Below are positions 34,373 to 46,610 of a stretch of DNA of 64,000 nucleotides, in pieces. A model generated the notes under the pieces. The model saw only the letters and a list, made by a program, of their open reading frames with translations, was not told the DNA's origin and ran no database searches. The first letter of the stretch is position 1. Every line of letters starts with the position of its first letter. The translations under genes were made by a program, and so were the position numbers. Source of the stretch: Thraustochytrium aureum (Eukaryota). Location of the stretch: contig BLSG01000162.1 in assembly GCA_012862495.1 (NCBI GenBank), positions 115,789 through 179,788 of the forward strand, read 5' to 3'.

Positions 34373-37101
34373 CTACTTGAAAGACATCGACAGAGATTGG
34401 ATCTTGATGCATTGCCGCACCTGATGGGGATTGAATTCGGCCCCTCGGGCCACAGCGCCCCCCAGGCCATGGAAGCAGCACTTGGCAATGTCCTTCGCCT
34501 TGGCGATCGGGCCCGGGACGCATGGATTCGACAACTGCGGAACGCTCTCCACAGACACTCTGTAGCCAAGAGCAGCGAGCTGCGCAACCCAAATCCCCAC
34601 GGCCCGCTCGGCCCCGACGACGCGTTTGAGCTTGCCTCGGTGCGCATTCAAGGCGACCAAAGCACTGCGGGAGAGGACAAACGCCGAGCCCTCCATCGGA
34701 TGCGCCGGCAACAGCGCGTTCTGCGAGCTGATTGCATCGCCCTCGTCCCGAGTCTTGTCCGGGATGTCATCAAGGACGTTGCCGAGCAGTTGAACTGGCG
34801 CGTTTACCCCAACCTGCGTCAAGGGGGCTGACACGGTCTGGAGGAAGCGCTGCATCGCCGGCATGTCGAGCACGGTTCCGTCGTGCATGGACACGACCCA
34901 CTCAGGGGCGAGCGTTTCGTGGGCCCACACAAGCGCGCCTTTGAGCTTGGCGTCATCGTTCCAGTGCGTGTCGACGACGTCCAGGATCAAGAGGTCGCCG
35001 AACTCTGCGGCCTCGAGGCGGATCTCGGTTTGGATCCTGCGCTCGCGATCGGCGTAGCTCGCTAGATACAGCGGCACGTTGTGCGTGAGATTCTGCGCCT
35101 TGGGGTCCATGGCGCACGACGCCTTACTGTCGCGCAAGATGGGGGGGTACATGCACCACTGGCTGCCCACCACGGAGACGATCGACGCGTGTCCTGCGCC
35201 CCACGACTCNNNNNNNNNNNNNNNNNNNNNNNNNNNNNNNNNNNNNNNNNNNNNNNNNNNNNNNNNNNNNNNNNNNNNNNNNNNNNNNNNNNNNNNNNNN
35301 NNNNNNNNNNNNNNNNNNNNNNNNNNNNNNNNNNNNNNNNNNNNNNNNNNNNNNNNNNNNNNNNNNNNNNNNNNNNNNNNNNNNNNNNNNNNNNNNNNNN
35401 NNNNNNNNNNNNNNNNNNNNNNNNNNNNNNNNNNNNNNNNNNNNNNNNNNNNNNNNNNNNNNNNNNNNNNNNNNNNNNNNNNNNNNNNNNNNNNNNNNNN
35501 NNNNNNNNNNNNNNNNNNNNNNNNNNNNNNNNNNNNNNNNNNNNNNNNNNNNNNNNNNNNNNNNNNNNNNNNNNNNNNNNNNNNNNNNNNNNNNNNNNNN
35601 NNNNNNNNNNNNNNNNNNNNNNNNNNNNNNNNACGCCGCCAGGCGCGCTGTTTGTTTGGTCGAGCGCCAAGTGGGACGCGTCTTGGCCCGAAGCGACCTG
35701 AGCGTTGCTGGTTAATTTTCCTGGAATCGCGAGCTCGGCGGTGAGCTTGCCTGCTTCGTTGTATTCGTCGGCCATGGCCTTGCGCTCCAGCGCTTCCTTT
35801 GCCAGCTTCTTGTCCTCCAGCAAGGCCTTCTTTCCGGCCGGGCCGATCAAGTGCTTGTAGATGAACGGCTCAGCGCGGAACGGGTCTGAGGTGGGAGCCA
35901 GCGTCGGCTTGTTCGTCGGCGGCGCGCTCGGCGCTACGGGAAGGTGCTCGAGGTGCCACGTGCAGTTGACGATGTCACTTGCGCTGTACTTGTGGCTGAA
36001 CACGAACCGCGTCGGAGTCCGGTCTCGGAGGCAGCACTCCAAGCCGCACTTCCAGTGGAAGCGAAACCGTTCGTCCTCGTCCCACCAAACGCTGAGGCCG
36101 AGCGCCTTGGCCCAGAGCGCCAGCGCAGCATCCTCGCACCGGTACACCTTGAGCCCTTCCTTGTGGGCTACGATTTCGCGGATCAGGCCGCCAGAGACGA
36201 CATAGCCGGCGGCGCCCTGCGCGTACCACGGGTAAATGTCGGATTCGTTGTACTGCAGCTCGGCCCACTTGCCGACCTTCTCCACGGGTGTAAACCACTC
36301 GATGTCGCCGAGGACGCGGTACCCGGAGGAGGGCAGCGTCATGACGTGCTCGCGAAGCGCGTCGAGCCGAACGACCGAGTCGTCGTCGATTTTCATCACC
36401 CACGACATGGGAAAGTTCTCCGCGGCCCACGTGAACGAGGCCAACGTTTTAGCGGCGAGGTTGCCGTACGAGTCCATCACGTCCAGGATTAGCAGGTCGG
36501 GGTGAGCGGCGCGCTCTTGGCGAAGCCTGCGCGAGACCAGCCGCTCCATCTCGTTGTGTCTCCTAAAGTCCAAATCGGTGCGGTTCGTCTGCTTGAGCAA
36601 GCAAGGCCCATAGTCGGACTGCATTTCGCTGGGGTATTCGCAGTGCCGCGCCCCCACGACGAAAAAAACGTACGGCTGGTCTTTGGCCCACGACCTCCGA
36701 ATGGCGTCGCGCGCCTCAAAGTTGTTCCGCGCGCTCATGACCATGACCAACAGGGGCGGATCTCCGAACACGGAGATGGTCGGTGCGATGGTTGGGGCCA
36801 CGACTACCTCCTCCAGTGCGCGCATCCTCTGCCACGTGGCGAACGACTCGCTGATGCCGCTGCGCACCGAGTGTCCGTGGCCTCTTGTCCCGAGCATCGA
36901 GCTGGACAAGCCGAGCATGGCCACCACGGCAATCGCGAGCAGCACGAGGCCGGTCTTGGCCACGCGTATTGGCGTGCTGCTCAGCGCCTCGGCCGTGCTC
37001 CGCGCCAGCGACGCCGCCGACCCGGACGACCTCGGCGACTGCGTCGGGGTGGACCTCGGCGACCTTCCGGTCTGCACATCTACCCAGCGTTGTCCCGCCA
37101 T
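34373..37101 (-). CDS. Type II membrane GT31 (beta-1,3-galactosyltransferase-like) protein, apparently with two tandem GT31 domains across a gap
   Basis: TM anchor, MSARNNFEARDAIRRSW, DSYGNLAAKT, WVMKIDDDSVV, YAQGAAGYVVS, EDAALALW; second copy DLLILDVVDTHWNDDAKL...GSAFVLS...ERAVGIWV. Confidence 0.8.
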
Positions 37102-38921
37102 CTGCGCCTCCCAGCAGGCAACCGGGGGAAGGCCGGTCCCGTCGAAGACAGGCAGGCAGCCGGCCAAGCAAGCAGGCAGGCAGGCGGGCAGGCAGGCAGG
37201 CGTGTTTTATTCTTCTTCCGTGACGAGGAGCCGCGCGGTCGGTCGGCCGGCCGGCCGGCCTCTGCGCGACTTTGCAGCCGCAGAGTTCGAGGCGTGTAGA
37301 CCTGGAGCAGCAGGTGGGCGCCGCACGGACGCAGTCCTGGCTTCAGTCCTGCAGCAGCGCCGCGCGCGTCCTCCCTTCCTTCCTTCCTTCGTCGTTCGAG
37401 CGGGGCGCGCTGCCTGCCGGTCACGTTCGTTCGGAGTCTGCCTGCTACTGAAAACGCAGTGAAACAGCCATCCACAGAGCCCAACAAAACCAAACAGAGC
37501 CATCGGCGCTCTTGACTTCAATTCATCCGTCGAACAACAAACAGCAACAGCAGCAGCGCAGCAGCAGTAAAGCAACAGCTCAACAGACTCGGAGAGGCAG
37601 AGAGGCAGGCAGGAAAGAAGACGGACAACGCGAGGCAGGCAAGCAAGGACCGACCGGAATCCAGTCACAGAGCGGCCAGGCGACGCATGTGGCACGTCAG
37701 GCACGCGGGCAGGAAAGAAACGTTTCGCCCTGGGCCTATCTGCTTCCCTGCGAGTGCGCTCCGGCCCTGGACGTCGAGCCCTTGCCGACCCTGCTCGCTC
37801 GCTTGCTTGCTTGCTTGCTTGCTGGCTGGCTGGCTGGCTTCACGCCGTCTGCGTCCGTGCATGCCTTGCGCCGTCCTTTCGTTGGACTCNNNNNNNNNNN
37901 NNNNNNNNNNNNNNNNNNNNNNNNNNNNNNNNNNNNNNNNNNNNNNNNNNNNNNNNNNNNNNNNNNNNNNNNNNNNNNNNNNNNNNNNNNNNNNNNNNNN
38001 NNNNNNNNNNNNNNNNNNNNNNNNNNNNNNNNNNNNNNNNNNNNNNNNNNNNNNNNNNNNNNNNNNNNNNNNNNNNNNNNNNNNNNNNNNNNNNNNNNNN
38101 NNNNNNNNNNNNNNNNNNNNNNNNNNNNNNNNNNNNNNNNNNNNNNNNNNNNCCTACTCTGCTCTCTCTACCCCCCCTCGTGCTGAGCGCCGGCCGGCCG
38201 TCCGGCTTGCGCGTGTCTGCTGTTCTGCTTCGCGCGAGGAGGCGAGGAGGAGCTGCCGAGTGTGCAGGCTGCGAGTGAAATAGGAGTGCGAATCATGTGA
38301 TTCATCATGTGATGTTTGCTCCTTTCCCTGCACTGCCTGAATCTGGTTGAGCATGCAGGGAGCGCACCGGTTGAAGGTTGGGCAGGCGCCGGTACTACCT
38401 ACCAGCACTGTACAAGTGGGGTACTCATCATGATGGCCTGACTGGGATTGCGGGCCCACAGCCGCCGTCACGGAGCTGGAAATGACTCGCCAGCTACTTA
38501 CTGGCTCCCGAGGACGCGCGACGGCGGCGGCCCAAACTGCGCCGTAAAGAGCAGAACGCTGATGTTTTTTGTGGCGCCGGCCGCAGCTGGCTATTGCTGC
38601 CTATTGCGCGAGCAGGGCGACGAGTCGACGACGCTCGGATGTGCGGATGCTGGAAACCTCGGCATGCGAGTGGGCGTCGCATTCTCTTTCTCCACGTACT
38701 ACCTACCCCCGCGGCTCAAGGCGAGCCGTTTCACAGTTTCACAAACCGGCAGCAAACACGCCGGTTTCGTTGTCGCCGCTGGCGGACCAGAGAGAGGCTG
38801 AGGCTGATGAAGGTACTTTACTCGGGCTTTTACTCACAACGCAACGAACATCGAGGCCCGTTGGTAGCATGCGCCCGACGATCAAGGCGGTGCTGGGAAG
38901 CACAATTTCCGGGCGCGTTCT

Positions 38922-41900
38922 TCACGGCTCCGCGAAGCCTCGATGTGAAGCCACGGGCTCCATGCCCGGTGTGCGCTCTGAGGCTTGACGCACGAGCGCC
39001 CCGAGCCGCCGCCGTGACAAAGACCCCGACGCGACCGCCCGATCAGCCTCGCTTGCGCCAATAGTGAGCGTCAGGTCGTCGCTGGCGCCGCCGCCGCGCT
39101 CTGAGGCGCCGAAATCGCGCTGCTCCATGCGGTCCGCTTCTCCACGGCACCGGTCCTCCTCGCGAAGCAGGCGCATGCTCGAGGGGTAAAGCAGCTTGGG
39201 AAACCCAAACAGGACGTAGTCGAGCACCACGCCCGTGACTGCGGCGAGCATGGCGCGCGACCAGACAAACGGCGCCGTCGGACCCGTGAAAGACAAGGCC
39301 ACGCCCGCACCGTCCAGCACCGGCACGACATCGCAAACCCAAACGCCGAGCAAAACCAGACCGGCGCAGGCTGCAAAGCAGACCAGGACGAAGAGGTTCA
39401 CCGTAACGGTGAGCACAGCCTGCCGCGCGAAGAGCAAAACGACAACCGAGACGAACACGGCCGCACCGAGGCCATCGAGCGAGACCGTGGCGGGCGCGCT
39501 GTAAAAGCGAGGCAGATCACGAGCGCGGCGTGCAGAGTGGCGCGGAGGCACATCTTTAGGATGCTGCGGCCGTCCAGGTAGTGATTGTCGCGGCCGACGA
39601 CGTAGGCCTGCGGGTGGGCAAGCGCCGTCTCCCGCGAAATGTCCGCCTGGAACCAGGCTATCGCCGTGATCACGCTGTTGGTGACCCAGGCGAACAGGGT
39701 CACGTAGTAGGTGTTGACGTAAATGCTCTGCCCCGATACCATGCTGTAAAACACGTACACGAACACCATGTAGATCAGCACCAGCCACGAGTACGAGACG
39801 TACTTGACAAGCATCGCGTTACGCTGGTAGTTCCACCGCCCGTGCACGAACAAGAGCGCCCGCAGAAACTTGAACCGCGCGATGCTAAAGTCGCTGCTGT
39901 TCACCGCCTGCAAGCCCTCGTGCCCGCTAATCCCAACGCCCACCCGCGCCTCCTGGATCATCGCAACGTCGTTGGCCCCGTCGCCGATCGCCAACGTCAC
40001 CGGCTCGCGGTGCCGCCGCCCCGCGCCCGCGTGCTCCACCATCTCGACCATCAGTGCCTTTTGCTTGGGGCTCACGCGGCAGGCCAAGACCACCGAGCAC
40101 ATCGCAGCAAGCTCGAGGAGCAGCCCCTGCGTCTTTGCCGACCCCTCTTCGGCCTGCAGCAACTGCTTGAGCGCCCGGCCCGAGATCACCAGCGCGATCT
40201 TGCTGGCCAGGAGGTCAGCCGCAGCGGTGCCCGCGCTGCCGCCAACGCCAACAGAGTCCTTTGCGAGGCCCGAAGCGAGGTCGTCAAGCGAGGAGACGAC
40301 CCCGGAGAGCTGCGACACCAGGTCGCTGCGCGAACCCTCGTCGATCAGGACGCGCGACATGCTCGCGTCGAGAATGCGCGCAGAGAGCGCAATGTTGATC
40401 GCGGTCTGGATCTTATCCCCGGTCAGCACCCAGAGCTTGATGCCCGCGTCTCGGATCATCTTGACCGTCTCTGCCACTTGCTCTTGCAGCGCGTCCTCGA
40501 TCCCCGTTACCCCGTACACGTCAAAGTCGCGCTCAACAAGCATGGCAGCACGCTCTTCCGCCGTGCTGCGCTCGCGACCAATCTTGCGCTGCGCTGCCTC
40601 GTGCGCCTTGCGCCACTCCTCTACCAGCGCAGGCTCGAGCTCGCGCCCGCCCACCACGAGCGTGCGCAGCCCGCACATCGAGAAGCGCGACAGGTGCTGG
40701 TCCGTCTCGGATCCCGCTCCGTTCGAGCACAGCTCGAAGATCACATTGTCCGCACCCTTGATGAGCGTCCACACCTTGCCAGAATCGAGGTCCTCTGCAA
40801 CGACGGACATTCGCTTCCGCGCGCTGGTGAACTTGTTCACCCCCAGCACGCGATAACGCTTCGGCAGGCCACCACCACTCGCTTGAGATTGAGCGGCGGC
40901 GCCGCCATCATCGTCATCGCCCGAGCTGCCGCCTGGAANNNNNNNNNNNNNNNNNNNNNNNNNNNNNNNNNNNNNNNNNNNNNNNNNNNNNNNNNNNNNN
41001 NNNNNNNNNNNNNNNNNNNNNNNNNNNNNNNNNNNNNNNNNNNNNNNNNNNNNNNNNNNNNNNNNNNNNNNNNNNNNNNNNNNNNNNNNNNNNNNNNNNN
41101 NNNNNNNNNNNNNNNNNNNNNNNNNNNNNNNNNNNNNNNNNNNNNNNNNNNNNNNNNNNNNNNNNNNNNNNNNNNNNNNNNNNNNNNNNNNNNNNNNNNN
41201 NNNNNNNNNNNNNNNNNNNNNNNNNNNNNNNNNNNNNNNNNNNNNNNNNNNNNNNNNNNNNNNNNNNNNNNNNNNNNNNNNNNNNNNNNNNNNNNNNNNN
41301 NNNNNNNNNNNNNNNNNNNNNNNNNNNNNNNNNNNNNNNNNNNNGCCAGCGAGGTCCCCGAGCAGCTCTTCTGCCGGCAGCTTTGGCGGCTCGAGCGCGC
41401 CCGCCGCCAAGGCCTCGGCCCCCTCGCGCGGTTCGGCGTCCTGGCTGACGTCTGGCGGCTGCCACCCGTACAGACGGCCCTTGACCGAGCAGCTCACCAG
41501 CCGCATTTCGTTGTTCGTGAGCGTGCCAGTCTTGTCGGTGAACACGTGCGTGACCTGGCCAACCTCAGCCACGAGCGAGCCCGTGCGGCACACGGCCGGT
41601 GTATCCGAGCGCGGGTCGTACATTTCGAGGTCCCAGCTTACGTAGAGGCCCTGCACGTAGTTGACGATTTCGAGGCAGACGTACATGTTGATCGGGATCA
41701 TGCTGGCAAAGGTGCCTGAAAAGGTGAAGAAATAGGCCAGCCACCCCGGCAGCACAAACTCGTTCACAACGTCGAGGCCGCGAAAGTACCAAAGCGTCTG
41801 CGTGTCGGGCACCCAAAAGATAAGCAAGAGCACGGCCAGAACGACCACCAACAGGTACACCAACAGGAGGTAGCCCATCATGCGGTTCACGGCAGAGTCC

Positions 41901-42653
41901 AGCCGCGAAAATTTGGAGGGCGTAGAGCTGCTCGAGAGGACCAGCTTGGTCTCGGGGCCCGCGTACACCACGATCCCATCCACCCAGGCCGTGTTCCGGA
42001 GCTGGCTGCCGCGCAAGAGCAGCGAGGAGAAACCTACGCCGACCTCGGCGCGCGACGGGCTCTCGACCACTAGATTACCGCTGAACTGCAGATAAGCGTT
42101 CGGCTCCTCGCACCGGAGCCGCCCCTGCAGCGCCCCCGACGAGGCCCCAAGGGCGCGCAGGTCGCTTGGGACCTGGCGGATCTTTAGGTTGGTCTCGCCG
42201 TCTATCCCGCTCGTCTCGATGTAGCAGAGCCCCGACGCTGCGGACGAGCCTACCAGCAGCATATCGGCCGGGACCAGCTCGCCTTTGCAAACGCGGATCA
42301 CGTCGCCTTGAAGCAGCTCGCCCCACGTCGTGTGCTCGATGTGGCCGCTGGGGTGCGCCACGAGCCGCGCGGGCTTGCGGTTTGTATGCTGGTCGGCGCG
42401 GTGCCTCTCGAGGTCGTCCTTGCCCTCGAACACGAGCGTGACGGCGATCACGCACACCAGGATCGCCAGGGTCCCCCACGGCACGTAGCTCACGATGTAC
42501 AAGCTAGGGTAGAAAAACCCCACCGAGTTGACGACGCAGACCGCCAAGAAGAACGCGTTCGAAAACCTCCTGAACTGCAACAGTGTTGCGAGGACCATAA
42601 AGTTCCACCACGTGTACTTGCACGTGCTCACGGCGTTGGTCACCGCACTGGAA
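38922..42653 (-). CDS. P4-type ATPase (phospholipid flippase); 5' end in gap, internal gap, frameshift near 39505
   Basis: NAVSTCKYTWWNF, DGETNLK, DKTGTLTNNEM, KGAD, LWVLTGDK, CRVSPKQKA, AIGDGANDVAMIQEARVGVGISGHEGLQA, LLFVHGRWNY. Confidence 0.93.
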
Positions 42654-43647
42654 NNNNNNNNNNNNNNNNNNNNNNNNNNNNNNNNNNNNNNNNNNNNNNN
42701 NNNNNNNNNNNNNNNNNNNNNNNNNNNNNNNNNNNNNNNNNNNNNNNNNNNNNNNNNNNNNNNNNNNNNNNNNNNNNNNNNNNNNNNNNNNNNNNNNNNN
42801 NNNNNNNNNNNNNNNNNNNNNNNNNNNNNNNNNNNNNNNNNNNNNNNNNNNNNNNNNNNNNNNNNNNNNNNNNNNNNNNNNNNNNNNNNNNNNNNNNNNN
42901 NNNNNNNNNNNNNNNNNNNNNNNNNNNNNNNNNNNNNNNNNNNNNNNNNNNNNNNNNNNNNNNNNNNNNNNNNNNNNNNNNNNNNNNNNNNNNNNNNNNN
43001 NNNNNNNNNNNNNNNNNNNNNNNNNNNNNNNNNNNNNNNNNNNNNNNNNNNNNNNNNNNNNNNNNNNNNNNNNNNNNNNNNNNNNNNNNNNNNNNNNNNN
43101 NNNNNNNNNNNNNNNNNNNNNNNNNNNNNNNNNNNNNNNNNNNNNNNNNNNNNNNNNNNNNNNNNNNNNNNNNNNNNNNNNNNNNNNNNNNNNNNNNNNN
43201 NNNNNNNNNNNNNNNNNNNNNNNNNNNNNNNNNNNNNNNNNNNNNNNNNNNNNNNNNNNNNNNNNNNNNNNNNNNNNNNNNNNNNNNNNNNNNNNNNNNN
43301 NNNNNNNNNNNNNNNNNNNNNNNNNNNNNNNNNNNNNNNNNNNNNNNNNNNNNNNNNNNNNNNNNNNNNNNNNNNNNNNNNNNNNNNNNNNNNNNNNNNN
43401 NNNNNNNNNNNNNNNNNNNNNNNNNNNNNNNNNNNNNNNNNNNNNNNNNNNNNNNNNNNNNNNNNNNNNNNNNNNNNNNNNNNNNNNNNNNNNNNNNNNN
43501 NNNNNNNNNNNNNNNNNNNNNNNNNNNNNNNNNNNNNNNNNNNNNNNNNNNNNNNNNNNNNNNNNNNNNNNNNNNNNNNNNNNNNNNNNNNNNNNNNNNN
43601 NNNNNNNNNNNNNNNNNNNNNNNNNNNNNNNNNNNNNNNNNNNNNNT

Positions 43648-43867
43648 TCCAGCCAAGCTAAAGCTGCTGGATGACCAAGTCGAGGCGTGGGTCCAGATTG
43701 CGTGCCCGCGGCTGTCGATCGACTGGGGCACGGCCTTCAGCAAGCCCCTGCTCACACCTTACGAGGCATTCGTGGCCTTTGGGGAGGCCGAGTGGCGGCA
43801 GGTGTACCCGCAGGATTTTTATGCTCGGGATAGCGGGCCGTGGACCAACTTTTTCGAGCGAAAATAG
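43648..43867 (+). CDS. DPH1: Diphthamide biosynthesis protein 1, C-terminal fragment (rest in gap)
   Basis: [30 protein letters not shown]...YPQDFY...GPWT. Confidence 0.9.
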
Positions 43868-43976
43868 CCACACGCCGCCCGTAAAAGCAGCCGACTGCCT
43901 TGTTACCTTTTTTCTTTTTCAGAAGATGCCAACCAGGCCCTGCGGCAGCTGCCTCTTCAAACTTTATACGGGGAAT

Positions 43977-45050
43977 TCAGCGCGCCCCTGGCAGGAACGA
44001 CTCGTCCTCAACGACTACGTCGCGCCCGGTTCGATGGTCCCAAGCCAAGTCAATCCCAAACTCAGCCTTGAGCACGCGTAGGGACTCTTGCAACGAGTCG
44101 AGCGTCGTCTCCACCCGCTCCACAGGCGGGCCGCTTGCATCTACGCCCTGCTCGGCAACACACTGGCCCAGTCCGAGCGCTGCGGACAGGTCTGCCTCGT
44201 GCACGCGGTCAGCCCTCACCAGCGTGTTGCGGATGAGCATCTTGCGCCCGCCTGGTGTCAACGCGGTCGCCAGTCGAAGGTTGGTGAACCAGTTGACCGG
44301 CTCGGGCTTGGCGGAGACCCACCAGTTCCCGAGCTCGATGTCGATGTCGTGCACTGGCCTTTCCAAGTGAAACACGTACTGGTCCTTCCAACACGCCTCG
44401 AGAGCGGGGCCTGGCTCGCTGGGGCGCCCATTCTCGTGCCAGTACAGGGCGTCCCAGCACTGCAGCCGCATGCCGCCGGGGCACTCAAACTCGGCGCAGT
44501 CGTCTGCGAAGCGGAAAATATCCGGGCCCATGCGCTGCGCGCGCCCAGCCCCAACGCCCCCGTACGTATCGAGTGACAGCGGCTCGCGCAGGCTGTTGCC
44601 TCCAAAGCCCACGTCAACCAGGAACCGCGAGCCGTCGACGAGCGTAACCACGTTGACCATGTGGGAAAATCCAGACACGCGGCCGCCGAGGATCACGCGG
44701 GCAATGCGCCGCTGCACCGCAAATCCAAGCTCTGCCAGCACGGCGCCCATGAGCTTGTTGTTCTCAAAGCAGTATCCGCCGCGTTCATGGGCCACTATTT
44801 TCTCAAACGCCTCGTCCACGCCGACCACAACCCCGCGGCCCAGGGCGACGTCGAGCTGCTCGAACGCCACGCTCGACGACATGGCTTGCGTCAGCCTTCG
44901 CAGCCGCTCGAGCGCTTGACCGGCGTCCAGCCCTTGCACAGGCTCGCCATCGCTTGTAGGATCGAGCCCGACGCGGCGAAGAAACCTCGCAAGCCGCTCT
45001 GCGCCGAGCGTCTGCGTGGGCGCTCCCGCCGCGGGCTTGTCGCTGCTCAT
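43977..45050 (-). CDS. Arylamine N-acetyltransferase family protein
   Basis: VAFEQLD, RGGYCFENN (Cys), SHMVNVV (His), LVDVGFGG (Asp) catalytic triad. Confidence 0.9.
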   Translation of the reverse strand: MSSDKPAAGAPTQTLGAERLARFLRRVGLDPTSDGEPVQGLDAGQALERLRRLTQAMSSSVAFEQLDVALGRGVVVGVDEAFEKIVAHERGGYCFENNKLMGAVLAELGFAVQRRIARVILGGRVSGFSHMVNVVTLVDGSRFLVDVGFGGNSLREPLSLDTYGGVGAGRAQRMGPDIFRFADDCAEFECPGGMRLQCWDALYWHENGRPSEPGPALEACWKDQYVFHLERPVHDIDIELGNWWVSAKPEPVNWFTNLRLATALTPGGRKMLIRNTLVRADRVHEADLSAALGLGQCVAEQGVDASGPPVERVETTLDSLQESLRVLKAEFGIDLAWDHRTGRDVVVEDESFLPGAR

Positions 45051-46003
45051 CCGTCCTTGCGCTGTACGGCTGCGTGGTGCGTCTCGCGTGGTTGGAGCTC
45101 TGCCGCGCCTCCATCCGTTCCGTTNNNNNNNNNNNNNNNNNNNNNNNNNNNNNNNNNNNNNNNNNNNNNNNNNNNNNNNNNNNNNNNNNNNNNNNNNNNN
45201 NNNNNNNNNNNNNNNNNNNNNNNNNNNNNNNNNNNNNNNNNNNNNNNNNNNNNNNNNNNNNNNNNNNNNNNNNNNNNNNNNNNNNNNNNNNNNNNNNNNN
45301 NNNNNNNNNNNNNNNNNNNNNNNNNNNNNNNNNNNNNNNNNNNNNNNNNNNNNNNNNNNNNNNNNNNNNNNNNNNNNNNNNNNNNNNNNNNNNNNNNNNN
45401 NNNNNNNNNNNNNNNNNNNNNNNNNNNNNNNNNNNNNNNNNNNNNNNNNNNNNNNNNNNNNNNNNNNNNNNNNNNNNNNNNNNNNNNNNNNNNNNNNNNN
45501 NNNNNNNNNNNNNNNNNNNNNCTCGCTTCGGGCTCACGTCGGCACTTGCGCTGAGCGCCCCAGCACTGGAGCTCGCCACGATGAGCCAGAACGTACCGGT
45601 ACTTCGTCGAGTACTGTACAAGAGTACTCTGATCATCTCATCTTGATGATTGGCCGAGTTGCGGCTGGTTGAGCTGCAGCTCTGCCGGCAGGGCGCCGCG
45701 AACAATGCTTGATCGTCGTCGTGCAGCTCGCCGTTCCTTGCTGCTGTGCGAGGAACGCCTGCGTTCGCCAGCCCTCCGGTCCTTGGCTCGGAGCACGGTC
45801 GGCGTTGCGACGCGCTTCCGTGTGAGCTTACTGAGCCTTACTTGGCTCGCGCGGAACATGGTTGTTCCAGCGGGTTGGGTTGGCAGATCTCGCGCAGACC
45901 CCGAACGCTCGCATCAACAAGCTCGACGCAAGACAGCCAGCTCCCAGTAATTCCAAAGCGCAGACTTGACTCGGAGGGATTGGCCCTCCGCAGAGCAGGG
46001 GCG

Positions 46004-46249
46004 ATGACGTTCTACTACCGAGTAACCGGCCTGGACAAGGACAAGGGTGAGGACGCCAACGTGGAGCAGACGCTCGACGGTGTTGTTTGGGACGGACAGC
46101 ACGCTGTGTACGGCACGCGACGCACGATGGACCCCGACACCGTCCGCCAGCAGCTTGAAGCTGCCATCGGGCACTCTGTGACAGTCGAGTGCCAGGAAAA
46201 CGCCTTCGAGAGCTCAGCATTCTTTGAGTACCAACCCAACAAGCCGTAA
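46004..46249 (+). CDS. Small hypothetical protein (81 aa)
   Basis: MTFYYRVTGLDKDKGEDANVEQTL... with GC3-rich codon usage like neighbouring genes, followed by an A-run. Confidence 0.5.
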   Translation: MTFYYRVTGLDKDKGEDANVEQTLDGVVWDGQHAVYGTRRTMDPDTVRQQLEAAIGHSVTVECQENAFESSAFFEYQPNKP

Positions 46250-46610
46250 AAAAACCGACTATCCGCGGGCCAATGCCGAGAGCTTCCTCCTCGAGTCCGC
46301 CATCTCCTGCGCATGATGGCCTTCTTGCCCCTTGCCCAGCTCGCCGCCGTTTTCGAGTCGCGGCTTCAACGCGCCTTGGCGCTGCCAGCCACAACGGTGT
46401 CACAGCAGCCAGCCCTGCATGGTATCCAGGCGCTTTCCCTCGAACCGAACAACGACAGCCGACGCCTTCTTGGGCGCAAGACGGATCGCGCGCTCTCCGG
46501 CCAGGTCTGCACTAGCGACGGATCGATCGATCGACTCGGGAGTTCAAAAACAAGAAAGCCTGTTCTCAAGCTGGCTCAGTTACATTTCGAGAAACCACAG
46601 CTCGGCATCA

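Noticed and set aside
37150..37840. (GGCA)n, (GCTT)n and (CAG)n tracts upstream of several genes
   Set aside because: Ordinary microsatellite-like UTR or intergenic sequence found throughout the window.
39581..41719. Long antisense or overlapping ORFs (also 58009-59808, 60421-62391, 36502-37299 and others)
   Set aside because: These are shadow frames of GC3-rich genes, or are artificially extended through N gaps; they show no recognisable motifs.
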